In this document: positions 40,116 to 49,164 of the stretch, piece by piece | How the letters are laid out: each line of letters opens with the position of its first letter | Position numbering within the stretch: position 1 is the first letter of the stretch | NCBI GenBank assembly: GCA_965279035.1 | Contig: OZ257142.1 | Coordinates: 2,944,001-3,008,000 of the forward strand | Source: Bacteroidia bacterium | GTDB lineage: Bacteria; Bacteroidota; Bacteroidia; M30B66 | DNA length: 64,000 nt | Direction: 5' to 3' | The notes under the pieces: generated by a model | What the model was told of the DNA's origin: nothing | What the model saw: only the letters and a program-made list of their open reading frames with translations | Database searches by the model: none | Program-made: the position numbers and the translations under genes

Positions 40116-40550
40116 TTAAAGGAATGATTCATTGAACACTATGGAATGTTGATTTACAAATTGTTTAGTCCAAGATTTAATTTGATTTCTTACTGAACGA
40201 AATGATTGCATGATTTCATTTTCAGTTCCTAAAGCCTTTGCTGGATCGGGAAAATTTTGATGAATTCGAATGGCTTTGCCGGAAAAATAAGGACAGTTTT
40301 CATTGGCATTATCGCATACAGTAATGATATAATTGAATTCAATTCCTAAATATTCATCCAAAACAGTGGAGGTATGATTTGAAATATCAATACCGTCTTC
40401 TTTCATAACAGCAATTGCACGTTGATTCAGTCCATGCGCTTCGATTCCAGCTGAATAGATTTGAGCTTTATTTCCCAAGAAATGTCGAAAATATCCTTCG
40501 GCCATTTGGGATCGACAGGAGTTTCCAGTGCAGAGAATGAGGATGTTCAT
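40116..40550 (-). CDS. arsC: Arsenate reductase (LMW-PTP type)
   Basis: CTGNSCRSQMAEG, TVCD...CP, DPA; ars context. Confidence 0.92.
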   Translation of the reverse strand: MNILILCTGNSCRSQMAEGYFRHFLGNKAQIYSAGIEAHGLNQRAIAVMKEDGIDISNHTSTVLDEYLGIEFNYIITVCDNANENCPYFSGKAIRIHQNFPDPAKALGTENEIMQSFRSVRNQIKSWTKQFVNQHSIVFNESFL

Positions 40551-40551
40551 T

Positions 40552-40614
40552 TAATTACGGATTTTCAATTACGAATTGGCAATTACGAATTACGAATGAT
40601 CAATTACGAAATGG
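40552..40614. repeat. Heptamer tandem tract (AATTACG/AATGATC)
   Basis: CAATTACGAATTACGAATGATCAATTACGAA. Confidence 0.75.
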
Positions 40615-40655
40615 GAATTGAGGTACGTGCATTTGAAATGACTTGGCTGAAGTGT

Positions 40656-41693
40656 TTAAGATGTTTGAAATTTTGATTTTTGAGAGCGGGCAAAACGAAC
40701 AAGTAAAATTAAAACGGGCACTTCGATAAGAGGACCGATAACGGCGGCAAATGCAGCACCTGATGATAATCCGAAAACGGCAATGGCAACTGCAATTCCT
40801 AATTCGAAATTATTTCCAGAAGATGTGAATGCAATGGTAACTGCTTCGGAATACTGAGCACCGGTTTTACGAGCAAGATAAAAAGCTAAGAAAAATATGA
40901 TTCCAAAAAAGATGCTTAATGGAATGGCAATTCGGATAACATCAAGTGGAAGATTGATGAGTGTTTGTCCTTTAAGACTGAACATGAGCACAATAGTAAA
41001 TAATAATGCAATGAGTGTTATTGGGCTAATGCGGGGAAGAAAAACGTTTGAATACCAGCTTTTTCCTTTCATTGGAATTAAACAAGTGCGCAATAAAATG
41101 CCGATAATAAATGGAATGCCTAAATAAATAAAAACAGTTCCTGCAATTTCGCTCATGGGTATATCGACCACAATGCCTGTAAAACCAAATAATTCGGGCA
41201 GGAACGTTATAAAAAACCAAGCATAAATAGAATAAAACACAACTTGAAAAATGCTATTAAATGCAACAAGTGCGGCCACATAATCGCGATCACCACCAGC
41301 CAAATCATTCCAAACAATAACCATTGCAATGCAAGGTGCAATTCCAATTAGCATAAGTCCAACCGTATATTCAACTTCATTTGGCAAAAAAATACGAGCC
41401 AATAAAAACATAAGAAGCGGTGAAAGAACCCAATTGAAAAGAAAAACAATTCCAAATAATTTTATATTTCGAAATAGTACAGGTATTCGGCTGTAATTGA
41501 CTTTTGCTAATGGAGGAATCATCATCAGAATGAGTCCTATAGCAAGTGGAATATTGGTACTGCCCTGCCCCATTTGATTAATGAAATTGGGTAAACTAGG
41601 AAAGACTAAGCTTAAAACAATTCCAGCTGTCATTGCTAGAAAAATCCAAAGTGTTAAAAAGCGATCAAGGAAAGACATGGGGAGAATTAGCAA
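40656..41693 (-). CDS. acr3: ACR3 family arsenite efflux transporter
   Basis: FLDRFLTLWIFLAM, APCIAMVIVWN, GNNFELGIAVAI, GPLIEVP; start may be MSFLDR. Confidence 0.93.
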   Translation of the reverse strand: MLILPMSFLDRFLTLWIFLAMTAGIVLSLVFPSLPNFINQMGQGSTNIPLAIGLILMMIPPLAKVNYSRIPVLFRNIKLFGIVFLFNWVLSPLLMFLLARIFLPNEVEYTVGLMLIGIAPCIAMVIVWNDLAGGDRDYVAALVAFNSIFQVVFYSIYAWFFITFLPELFGFTGIVVDIPMSEIAGTVFIYLGIPFIIGILLRTCLIPMKGKSWYSNVFLPRISPITLIALLFTIVLMFSLKGQTLINLPLDVIRIAIPLSIFFGIIFFLAFYLARKTGAQYSEAVTIAFTSSGNNFELGIAVAIAVFGLSSGAAFAAVIGPLIEVPVLILLVRFARSQKSKFQTS

Positions 41694-41745
41694 TTACGAA
41701 TGATCAATTACGAATTAAGAATGATCAATTACGAATGATTGAATA
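41685..41745. repeat. Heptamer tandem tract (AATTACG/AATGATC)
   Basis: CAATTACGAATGATCAATTACGAATTAAGAATGATCAATTACGAATG. Confidence 0.75.
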
Positions 41746-41796
41746 TGTATGAATGAATACACTGCTCAATCTACTTTGTACTTTCTACTAGTTCAA

Positions 41797-41855
41797 GCGT
41801 GAAGGATTGAGCGGAGTTCCTACGACGCGAAAGCCTGACCCGAAGGGGCACGCCC
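41797..41855 (-). ncRNA. Flavo-1-like structured element (compact)
   Basis: Minus strand GGGCGTGCCCCTTCGGGTCAGGCTTTCGC...CCGCTCAATCCTTCACGC, 5 nt after the arsM stop. Confidence 0.6.
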
Positions 41856-41860
41856 TCATT

Positions 41861-42706
41861 TTAACAACAGCCCGAATTGGGTGCGCAACACGGTTCTTTT
41901 CCTGGTTTTTCACCATACACTGTTATGCTATAAATCACATCACCTTGAGCACGGAAATTAGCTAGTTCGGAATCGTTTAAATAGTTATTTAAAATATCGT
42001 CAGGAACAATGATTGGTTTTTGCTTCTGAATGCTCACATTCTGAAAACCAGCGCGGAAAATTGAACCCATATAGGTATCAATTTGCAATGCCCCTGAAAC
42101 ACATCCTGCATACATTTCGGCTGCTTGACGAATATGCTCAGGCAAAGTTCCTGTGAGAACAATATCTGAAATACTAAAATGTCCACCTGGCTTGAGAACA
42201 CGCATGATTTCTGAGAAAACTGCAGCTTTATCGGGTACAAGATTTAGTACACAATTACTCACAACAACATCCGCCACATTCGAAGTAAGAGGTAGTTTTT
42301 CGATATCGCCTTGACGAAATTCTACATTTGAAAATCCTCGTACTTCTGCATTTTGACGAGCTTTTGTGATCATTTCGGGTGTGAAATCAATACCAATTAC
42401 ATGTCCTGTTTCGCCTGCTTCGGCACGAGCGATAAAACAATCGTTCCCCGCTCCAGATCCTAAATCGATGACCGTATTTCCAGTTTTGATCTTGGCAAAT
42501 TGAGTTGGTAAACCGCAACCTAATCCTAAATCGGCATCGGGATGATAGCCTTCCAGTTGGGAATAATCATCGCTCATGATCGTATACACTTCTTGCGAAA
42601 CAGGTCCGCTTCCACAACAGGATGCGGCATTGTCTGATTTATCCTGTAAGGCGATGGTTGCGTATTTTTCGCGTACGGTATTTTTTATTTCTTCGGAGGT
42701 TTTCAT
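41861..42706 (-). CDS. arsM: Arsenite S-adenosylmethionine methyltransferase
   Basis: LGLGCGLP, DLGSGAGND, SNCVLNL, YAGCVSGA; Cys pairs at both ends. Confidence 0.92.
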   Translation of the reverse strand: MKTSEEIKNTVREKYATIALQDKSDNAASCCGSGPVSQEVYTIMSDDYSQLEGYHPDADLGLGCGLPTQFAKIKTGNTVIDLGSGAGNDCFIARAEAGETGHVIGIDFTPEMITKARQNAEVRGFSNVEFRQGDIEKLPLTSNVADVVVSNCVLNLVPDKAAVFSEIMRVLKPGGHFSISDIVLTGTLPEHIRQAAEMYAGCVSGALQIDTYMGSIFRAGFQNVSIQKQKPIIVPDDILNNYLNDSELANFRAQGDVIYSITVYGEKPGKEPCCAPNSGCC

Positions 42707-42746
42707 GGTTAGATATTTTAATTTAGGAATGTTGATTTGTTGATGT

Positions 42747-42929
42747 TTGAGTCTCAGGACTGAAGTCTGGTTGTGTATGAGTGATGATTTATTTGTTATT
42801 TGAGTCTCAGGACTGAAGTCCTGAGTTGCTGGGGGTATGAAGATTCATTTAGTTGATTCGAGATTTCTATGTCTTCGGTATGTGGTCTAGTGTTGTTGAG
42901 TCTCAGGACTGAAGTCCTGAGTTGCTGGG
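42747..42929. repeat. Three REP-like palindromes
   Basis: TTGAGTCTCAGGACTGAAGTCCTGAGTTGCTGGG at 42800 and 42896; partial copy at 42747. Confidence 0.8.
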
Positions 42930-42973
42930 AATAAAGATGTATTCATTTAGAAGATTTTAGATTCTAGGCATAA

Positions 42974-43309
42974 CTAACAACACGTTGAATTCATTGGTTT
43001 ATCTAAATCAATATGAAAGGTTTGAAATGCCTGTAGCATTTTATTCCAGTTTTCGCGATGGATACAATAGCAAGATTTTACACCTGAAACAGTGCCTTTG
43101 ATGAGTCCTGCTTTTTTTAAAGCAAGAAGATGTTGAGATACTGTTGCTTGAGCTAAGGGTAAACCTTCCACAATCTCACCACAGATACAAGTATCTCGTT
43201 CTGAAAGAATCTGTAAAATAGCCAAGCGTGCAGGATGAGCAATTGCTCTTGCAAACTCAGCCATTTCAACAAGTTCAGACGAAAATTCAGCTTTTCTATT
43301 GAGTGCCAT
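42974..43309 (-). CDS. arsR: ArsR family repressor
   Basis: AIAHPARLAIL, CICGE, LAQATVSQHL, terminal CC; likely start MALNRK. Confidence 0.9.
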   Translation of the reverse strand: MALNRKAEFSSELVEMAEFARAIAHPARLAILQILSERDTCICGEIVEGLPLAQATVSQHLLALKKAGLIKGTVSGVKSCYCIHRENWNKMLQAFQTFHIDLDKPMNSTCC

Positions 43310-43349
43310 AATGCAGTTTGTAGGACAAAGTAAAAACATATTTATCATA

Positions 43350-43367
43350 TATCGTAGATTTACGATA
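43350..43367. promoter_or_regulatory. Putative ArsR operator
   Basis: Palindrome TATCGTA-GATT-TACGATA upstream of arsR. Confidence 0.65.
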
Positions 43368-43462
43368 AATAAATTTTAGTGCATTCAGGTTGTTAGAATA
43401 AAAACGTGTTAGACTAAGGTGTAGAAATGACAATTTCGTATACTTGAAACTTAGAACTGAGT

Positions 43463-46165
43463 ATGAAAAAAATCTACCACTTTCCTTTAATAATTAGCAT
43501 TTTTCTTCTTTTTCCCCTGGTTGTGAGTAGTCAATCCGATACTGAATTTTGGTTTGCAGCACCAGAAGTTTCTATCACACATGGCGATAATCCAATCTAT
43601 TTACGGATGAGTGCTCAAAGTCAGGATGCGAATGTACTTATTAGTATTCCCGCCAATCCTGCCTTTGCTCCAATAGGAATCACCATTCCAGCTGATAGTT
43701 CATGGACATTGGATCTAACAGCCTACAAAGCATTGCTCGAGAATATTCCAGCCAATACGGTATTGCCTCGAGGATTGTATGTACACTCAAACAAACCTAT
43801 CACAGTTTATTACGAAGTCAGTGCGCCCAATAATCCAGACATTTTCCCGCTTAAAGGAAGAAATGCACTAGGCACTCACTTTTACACCCCTTTTCAGAAT
43901 ATTTTCGATAATGGAGCATTCTCCGTTCAGCCTTATTCCAGTTTTGACATTGTAGCAACCGAAGACAATACAACTGTTACGATTACGCCAAGTATTGCAA
44001 TTAATAGTCATCCTGCAGGTGTTCCATTTACTATTACCTTAAACCGAGGAGAAACCTATTCGTGTTTAGCAGCTGGAACTTTGGCAGCAAATCACCCAGC
44101 AGGTTCGGAAATCAGTTCTAATCGTCCCATTTGTGTGACTATAAAGGATGATTCTATGTCCAACGACACTTGCCGCGATTTATGGGGTGATCAGATTATT
44201 CCCGTTGAATTAGTTGGCTTGCAATACATTGTGATGCGTGGTTTTTTACTAACCGATGAATATGCATTTGTTCTTGCTACAGAAGATGCTACCGATATTT
44301 TTGTTGCTGGAAATTCAACTCCTGTTGCCACCATTAATACTGGCGAGCAATACATGTATACGATACCTTTAGGACAATCAACAACATTTATTGAAACTAG
44401 CAAACCTGCCTATGTCTTGCATATTTCAGGGTATGGATGTGAAGTTGGAGGAGCTGTCCTTCCTCCTATTCAATGTACAGGTTCTGATGCTGTTTATTTT
44501 ACTCGTGCAACCGGCGATTTATTTGGATTGAACATCATGACACGAAGCGGTTCTCAAGGGAATTTCTTGTTGAATGGAAATAGTACATTGGTTCCGGCTT
44601 CAGCATTTCAACCTGTTGCAGGTACATCAAATGCTTGGGTTGCAGCACAAATTAGTTTCACAACGAGTCAAGTTCCAGTTGGTGAAACGAGTGTACTTAT
44701 TAATACATCAACTACGTCTAATTTATTTCATTTAGGAATGATTGATGGCGGTTCTTCGACTGGTTGTCGCTATGGTTATTTTTCTGATTTCAGCACTGCA
44801 AACCTTGGTGGCAATCGTTTGGTATGTTTGGGCGATACACTTCGTTTAGATGCTGGTGCAAACATGGATTCTTACCAATGGAACACGGGTGCAAATACAC
44901 AAGAAATCACTGTTTTTCTTCAAGGACAGTATTCTGTAACAACCACTTACAATGGCTGTACATCAACCGATACGATTATAGTTGCAAAAGACACAACTCA
45001 TATTCAATTTGATAATGAACACATAGTCGTGTGCGGTTCAAATGATGTTTTTTTAAATGCACATTCAGGCTTTATTACCTACGAATGGATGGATTTGAGC
45101 AGCAATAATGATTCTTTATACTATGTAAATACCGAGGGAGATTATTGGGTAGAAGTGATGTCGCTTGGTGGATGTTATTCAAGGGATACATTAGGAGTTG
45201 AATTTGGCGTTGTTCCTCCAATGCTTACTGTTCAAGCTACTACTCCTATTTGTGAGGGCGAAGATTTAACGTTGACTGCTACAGGTGCCACCTATCCTGT
45301 TACTTGGGATGGTATTAACTTCTTTCATGCTGATGGCGCAGTTCAAACTATTCCAAACGCCTCTTTATTAGCCGATGGTTTTTACAATGCATATCAGGAC
45401 AATGGACAATGTAAAAGTCCGCTCGCTTTTGTTGAAGTGAATATCATCCCATTACCCAATCAAGTCATTTTAGGTGATACAATTTTATGTGAAGGAGAAA
45501 ACACACTTTTGAGCATTGGTAATGGTCCTTTTGATGATTTTACTTGGTCAACTTCGGATACAGTTGCAAGTATTACCGCTTTGCCAGGAACTTATAGCAT
45601 ATCTGCAACAAAAGATGGTTGTAGTAGAACCGTTTCAGCAACAGTACATTTGGCTGAGCCGATTGCCAATTTTATAACAGCACCTAATTATTACGTTTTC
45701 CTTGGAAATGAATTTCAGTTTAGCGATTCCTCGATTGTTTCTCCCTATTCTCAAAATGTAATTTTCAATTGGGATTTCGAAGATGGCGATTTTGGATCAG
45801 GGACAACGATCAATCATTTATACGCTGATACCGGAACATATTCTGTTATGTTAGTAGTAACAAATCAAGAAGGATGTATTGATACTACCTATGAGACGGT
45901 TTTGGTTGTGAAAGATGTTGTTGTGCCGAATGCATTTTCACCAAATGGTGATGGAATTAATGATGTGTTTAAGATTGCGAACCTCAATTTATTTGAGAAT
46001 TCCAAACTCCTGATTTTCAATCGCTGGGGAAATGAACTATACAGCAGTGATAATTATAAAAACAATTGGGATGGAGGCGATGCACCAGCTGGAACCTATT
46101 TTTATATTTTGGATATAGGCAAAGGAGTTGCGCCATTAAAGGGTACTATGTTGATGGCGAAATAA
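43463..46165 (+). CDS. IgGFc-binding/PKD surface protein with T9SS type B C-terminal domain
   Basis: TEFWFA, IVATEDNTTVTI; WDFEDG PKD; PNAFSPNGDGIND...IFNRWG. Confidence 0.88.
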   Translation: MKKIYHFPLIISIFLLFPLVVSSQSDTEFWFAAPEVSITHGDNPIYLRMSAQSQDANVLISIPANPAFAPIGITIPADSSWTLDLTAYKALLENIPANTVLPRGLYVHSNKPITVYYEVSAPNNPDIFPLKGRNALGTHFYTPFQNIFDNGAFSVQPYSSFDIVATEDNTTVTITPSIAINSHPAGVPFTITLNRGETYSCLAAGTLAANHPAGSEISSNRPICVTIKDDSMSNDTCRDLWGDQIIPVELVGLQYIVMRGFLLTDEYAFVLATEDATDIFVAGNSTPVATINTGEQYMYTIPLGQSTTFIETSKPAYVLHISGYGCEVGGAVLPPIQCTGSDAVYFTRATGDLFGLNIMTRSGSQGNFLLNGNSTLVPASAFQPVAGTSNAWVAAQISFTTSQVPVGETSVLINTSTTSNLFHLGMIDGGSSTGCRYGYFSDFSTANLGGNRLVCLGDTLRLDAGANMDSYQWNTGANTQEITVFLQGQYSVTTTYNGCTSTDTIIVAKDTTHIQFDNEHIVVCGSNDVFLNAHSGFITYEWMDLSSNNDSLYYVNTEGDYWVEVMSLGGCYSRDTLGVEFGVVPPMLTVQATTPICEGEDLTLTATGATYPVTWDGINFFHADGAVQTIPNASLLADGFYNAYQDNGQCKSPLAFVEVNIIPLPNQVILGDTILCEGENTLLSIGNGPFDDFTWSTSDTVASITALPGTYSISATKDGCSRTVSATVHLAEPIANFITAPNYYVFLGNEFQFSDSSIVSPYSQNVIFNWDFEDGDFGSGTTINHLYADTGTYSVMLVVTNQEGCIDTTYETVLVVKDVVVPNAFSPNGDGINDVFKIANLNLFENSKLLIFNRWGNELYSSDNYKNNWDGGDAPAGTYFYILDIGKGVAPLKGTMLMAK

Positions 46166-46270
46166 ACAAAATGTCATTGTTAACTGTACTGTGAAGATTT
46201 TTTAATAAAACTCTGGTATAAACCAATTGCTCGGTGTATTTTAGGTTTTCCTTAAAATTGAACTACAAGG

Positions 46271-49084
46271 ATGCCTATGCGAATTGTTCTATCCTGTTTG
46301 CTTACTTTCAGTTTAACAATCTTTTCATCACTAACACTTGAAGCTCAGCAGTTGCGAGGCACGATAAGTAGTGCCAAAAATGGTGAAACATTAATTGGAG
46401 CAACAGCTGTCATAAAAGGTACTTCGATTGGAGCAAGTGCAGATATTGATGGGAATTTTGTCATTCAAAATCCGGGAAATCCACCCTTTGTCTTAGTTGT
46501 ATCCTTTGTAGGATTTACGACCAAAGAAATGCAAGTAAATTCCTTAGATCAAAAACTTATCATCAAGTTAAGTCCGAACGAGAAGTTGCTCAAAGAGGTT
46601 GAAATTGTTGATTCTCGTTTAACTGAAAAGCAAAGAGAATCTCCATTAACGGTTGAAGCAATGGATCTCTTAGCCATAAAAGAAACACCTGCTGCCAACT
46701 TTTATGATGGACTTGGAACGCTAAAAGGTGTCGATTTAACGGCAGCTAGTTTGGGTTTTAAGATTATCAATACACGAGGATTCAATAGCACATCGCCCGT
46801 TCGTTCTTTGCAAATTATAGATGGGGTAGATAATCAATCACCTGGATTAAACTTTTCACTTGGGAACTTTTTAGGTTCATCCGAATTGGATGTTCAAAAG
46901 GTGGATATTATCGTTGGAGCAAGTTCGGCCTTTTATGGACCGAATGCTTTCAATGGAGTAATAAGCATGACAACCAAAAACCCTTTTGACTATACTGGAT
47001 TGTCGGTTCAGACGAAAGTGGGTGAACGGAATTTATATGAAACGGCCATTCGGTATGCGGAAAAATTTCAGAATAAAAAGGGAGAAGATAAGTTTGCTTT
47101 TAAGCTCAATATGTCGTTCATGCGTGCTTATGATTGGGTAGCTGATAATATGGATGCGACGGATCAATCGGTTGGAAAAGTTGGGAATCCGGGAGGTTAT
47201 GATGCTGTTAATCGGTACGGTGATGAAGAATTGGGTGGCTATCGGAACAATTATGCTTCAAGCTCACTTTTAAAATCAACCTATTCGGGTTTAGGAACAA
47301 TTTATCGAACAGGATATAATGAAAAAGATTTGGTGGATTATAATACACGAAACATCAAGCTCAATGCGGCATTTCACTATCGTTTGAAGCCGGATGTAGA
47401 ATTGATTTTGAGTAGTAATTTCGGAACAGGAACTACAATCTATCAAGGAGAGAATCGCTTCAGTTTGAAGAATATTTTATTCTTTCAACAGCGGTTTGAG
47501 ATAACTAAAAAAGATAAATTTTTCCTTCGTGTTTATGCTACAAACGAGGATGCTGGAGATTCGTTCGACGCTGTTGTATCAGCATTTGAGATGCAAAATC
47601 TTTCAAAGTCGAATAATCAGTGGAAACAAGATTATCAAAATGGATGGACAGCAGGTGGATTTAATGCACCCCGATTTATTGTGAAAGGATTTGATGGTTA
47701 TCCAACACCATTTAATGAATCGAAATATGATTCGGTAATGGCAGCAAATTATGATCGTTTAGTTGTTTTGCATGATTCGGTGAGAGCAAAAACGGATAGA
47801 GGGAATGGTGTTTCGTCGATCAATTTTTTCAAACCGGGAACTGCACGTTTTGATTCTGCCTTTGCTGCTGTAAAATCAAGAACATTAGCGAATAAAGGTT
47901 CATTATTAAAAGATAAATCGGCACTGTATCATGCCCATGCTGAATACAAATTCAATTTTGGGAAATTTAGTCGTTTGGTTGTTGGCTCCAATGTGAGAAT
48001 GTATCGTCCAAATTCAAATGGAACTATTTTCAGTGATACACTCATTATAGATAAAATTTCGGGTGCAGATACAACGTATAAAAGACGTGTTATTGTTAAC
48101 AAGGAGTTTGGTGCTTATGCTGGTTTTCAACGAAAATTATTGGCCGAACGTTTAAGTTTGAATGCCACCTTGCGTGTTGATAAGAATCAAAATTTCAATT
48201 GGATTTCCACTCAGAGTTTTTCGGGAATTTATACTCACAATAACAACCATACTTTCCGTGCGGTTTATTCATCAGCAGTAAGAAACCCCACATTAGCTGA
48301 TCAGTATTTATATTATAACGTAGGTCGAGCCATTCTTTTAGGAAACATTACAGGGAAAGATTCTTTGATTGAAATTAATTCATTCTTTAATTACCTCAAT
48401 ACGTTGAATCCAAAAGAACTGAGATACTTTAATGTGGATCCAATTCGTCCCGAAAAAGTGCAAACCGTAGAATTCGGTTATCGAAGTACTTTATTCAAAC
48501 GACTTTTTGTGGATGCAAGTTATTACTACTCACAATACCGCGATTTTATTGGTTATAAAATTGGCTTGGATGTAAAATTCACAGGAAGTGTTCCTCAAAT
48601 TCAAGCTTATCGACTTGCTGCCAATACCAAAGATTTAGTCTATACACAAGGACTTTCGCTTGGATTAAATTATTACCTGTTTAATAAACTCGAACTTTCG
48701 GGTAATTATTCTTACAATTTCCTCAGTCGTCCCAATATCACCGATGAAATTATCACGGCATTCAACACTCCCTACAATAAATTCAATCTAGGATTAAGTG
48801 GAAGGAAAATCAAACTTCCTTGGATTAAGGGAGAACGCTTTTCTTTTAACACGAATTACAAATGGGTTCAAGGATTCCGATTTGAAGGATCTCCACAATT
48901 TACTGGATCAATTCCTTCGTATGGAATGCTCGACGGACAAATTAGTTATGCTGTTGAAAAATGGAGGAGCGTATTTAAATTGGGTGCATCTAACTTGTTA
49001 AATAACAAAGTTTCGATGGTTTATGGTGGCCCGAAAGTAGGTCGTTTGGCTTATTTCTCAGTGCTTGTAGACCTTAGTAACTAA
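46271..49084 (+). CDS. TonB-dependent receptor
   Basis: CarboxypepD_reg-like N-terminus, plug (INTRGFN, GASSAFYGPNAFNGVI), beta-barrel. Confidence 0.9.
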   Translation: MPMRIVLSCLLTFSLTIFSSLTLEAQQLRGTISSAKNGETLIGATAVIKGTSIGASADIDGNFVIQNPGNPPFVLVVSFVGFTTKEMQVNSLDQKLIIKLSPNEKLLKEVEIVDSRLTEKQRESPLTVEAMDLLAIKETPAANFYDGLGTLKGVDLTAASLGFKIINTRGFNSTSPVRSLQIIDGVDNQSPGLNFSLGNFLGSSELDVQKVDIIVGASSAFYGPNAFNGVISMTTKNPFDYTGLSVQTKVGERNLYETAIRYAEKFQNKKGEDKFAFKLNMSFMRAYDWVADNMDATDQSVGKVGNPGGYDAVNRYGDEELGGYRNNYASSSLLKSTYSGLGTIYRTGYNEKDLVDYNTRNIKLNAAFHYRLKPDVELILSSNFGTGTTIYQGENRFSLKNILFFQQRFEITKKDKFFLRVYATNEDAGDSFDAVVSAFEMQNLSKSNNQWKQDYQNGWTAGGFNAPRFIVKGFDGYPTPFNESKYDSVMAANYDRLVVLHDSVRAKTDRGNGVSSINFFKPGTARFDSAFAAVKSRTLANKGSLLKDKSALYHAHAEYKFNFGKFSRLVVGSNVRMYRPNSNGTIFSDTLIIDKISGADTTYKRRVIVNKEFGAYAGFQRKLLAERLSLNATLRVDKNQNFNWISTQSFSGIYTHNNNHTFRAVYSSAVRNPTLADQYLYYNVGRAILLGNITGKDSLIEINSFFNYLNTLNPKELRYFNVDPIRPEKVQTVEFGYRSTLFKRLFVDASYYYSQYRDFIGYKIGLDVKFTGSVPQIQAYRLAANTKDLVYTQGLSLGLNYYLFNKLELSGNYSYNFLSRPNITDEIITAFNTPYNKFNLGLSGRKIKLPWIKGERFSFNTNYKWVQGFRFEGSPQFTGSIPSYGMLDGQISYAVEKWRSVFKLGASNLLNNKVSMVYGGPKVGRLAYFSVLVDLSN

Positions 49085-49164
49085 ATTGTATGTTATTCCA
49101 TTGAACACTTGCAAAAGTCGAAATCTTCATCAACTTTGTACATTGCACATTAAACCCCTTAATC

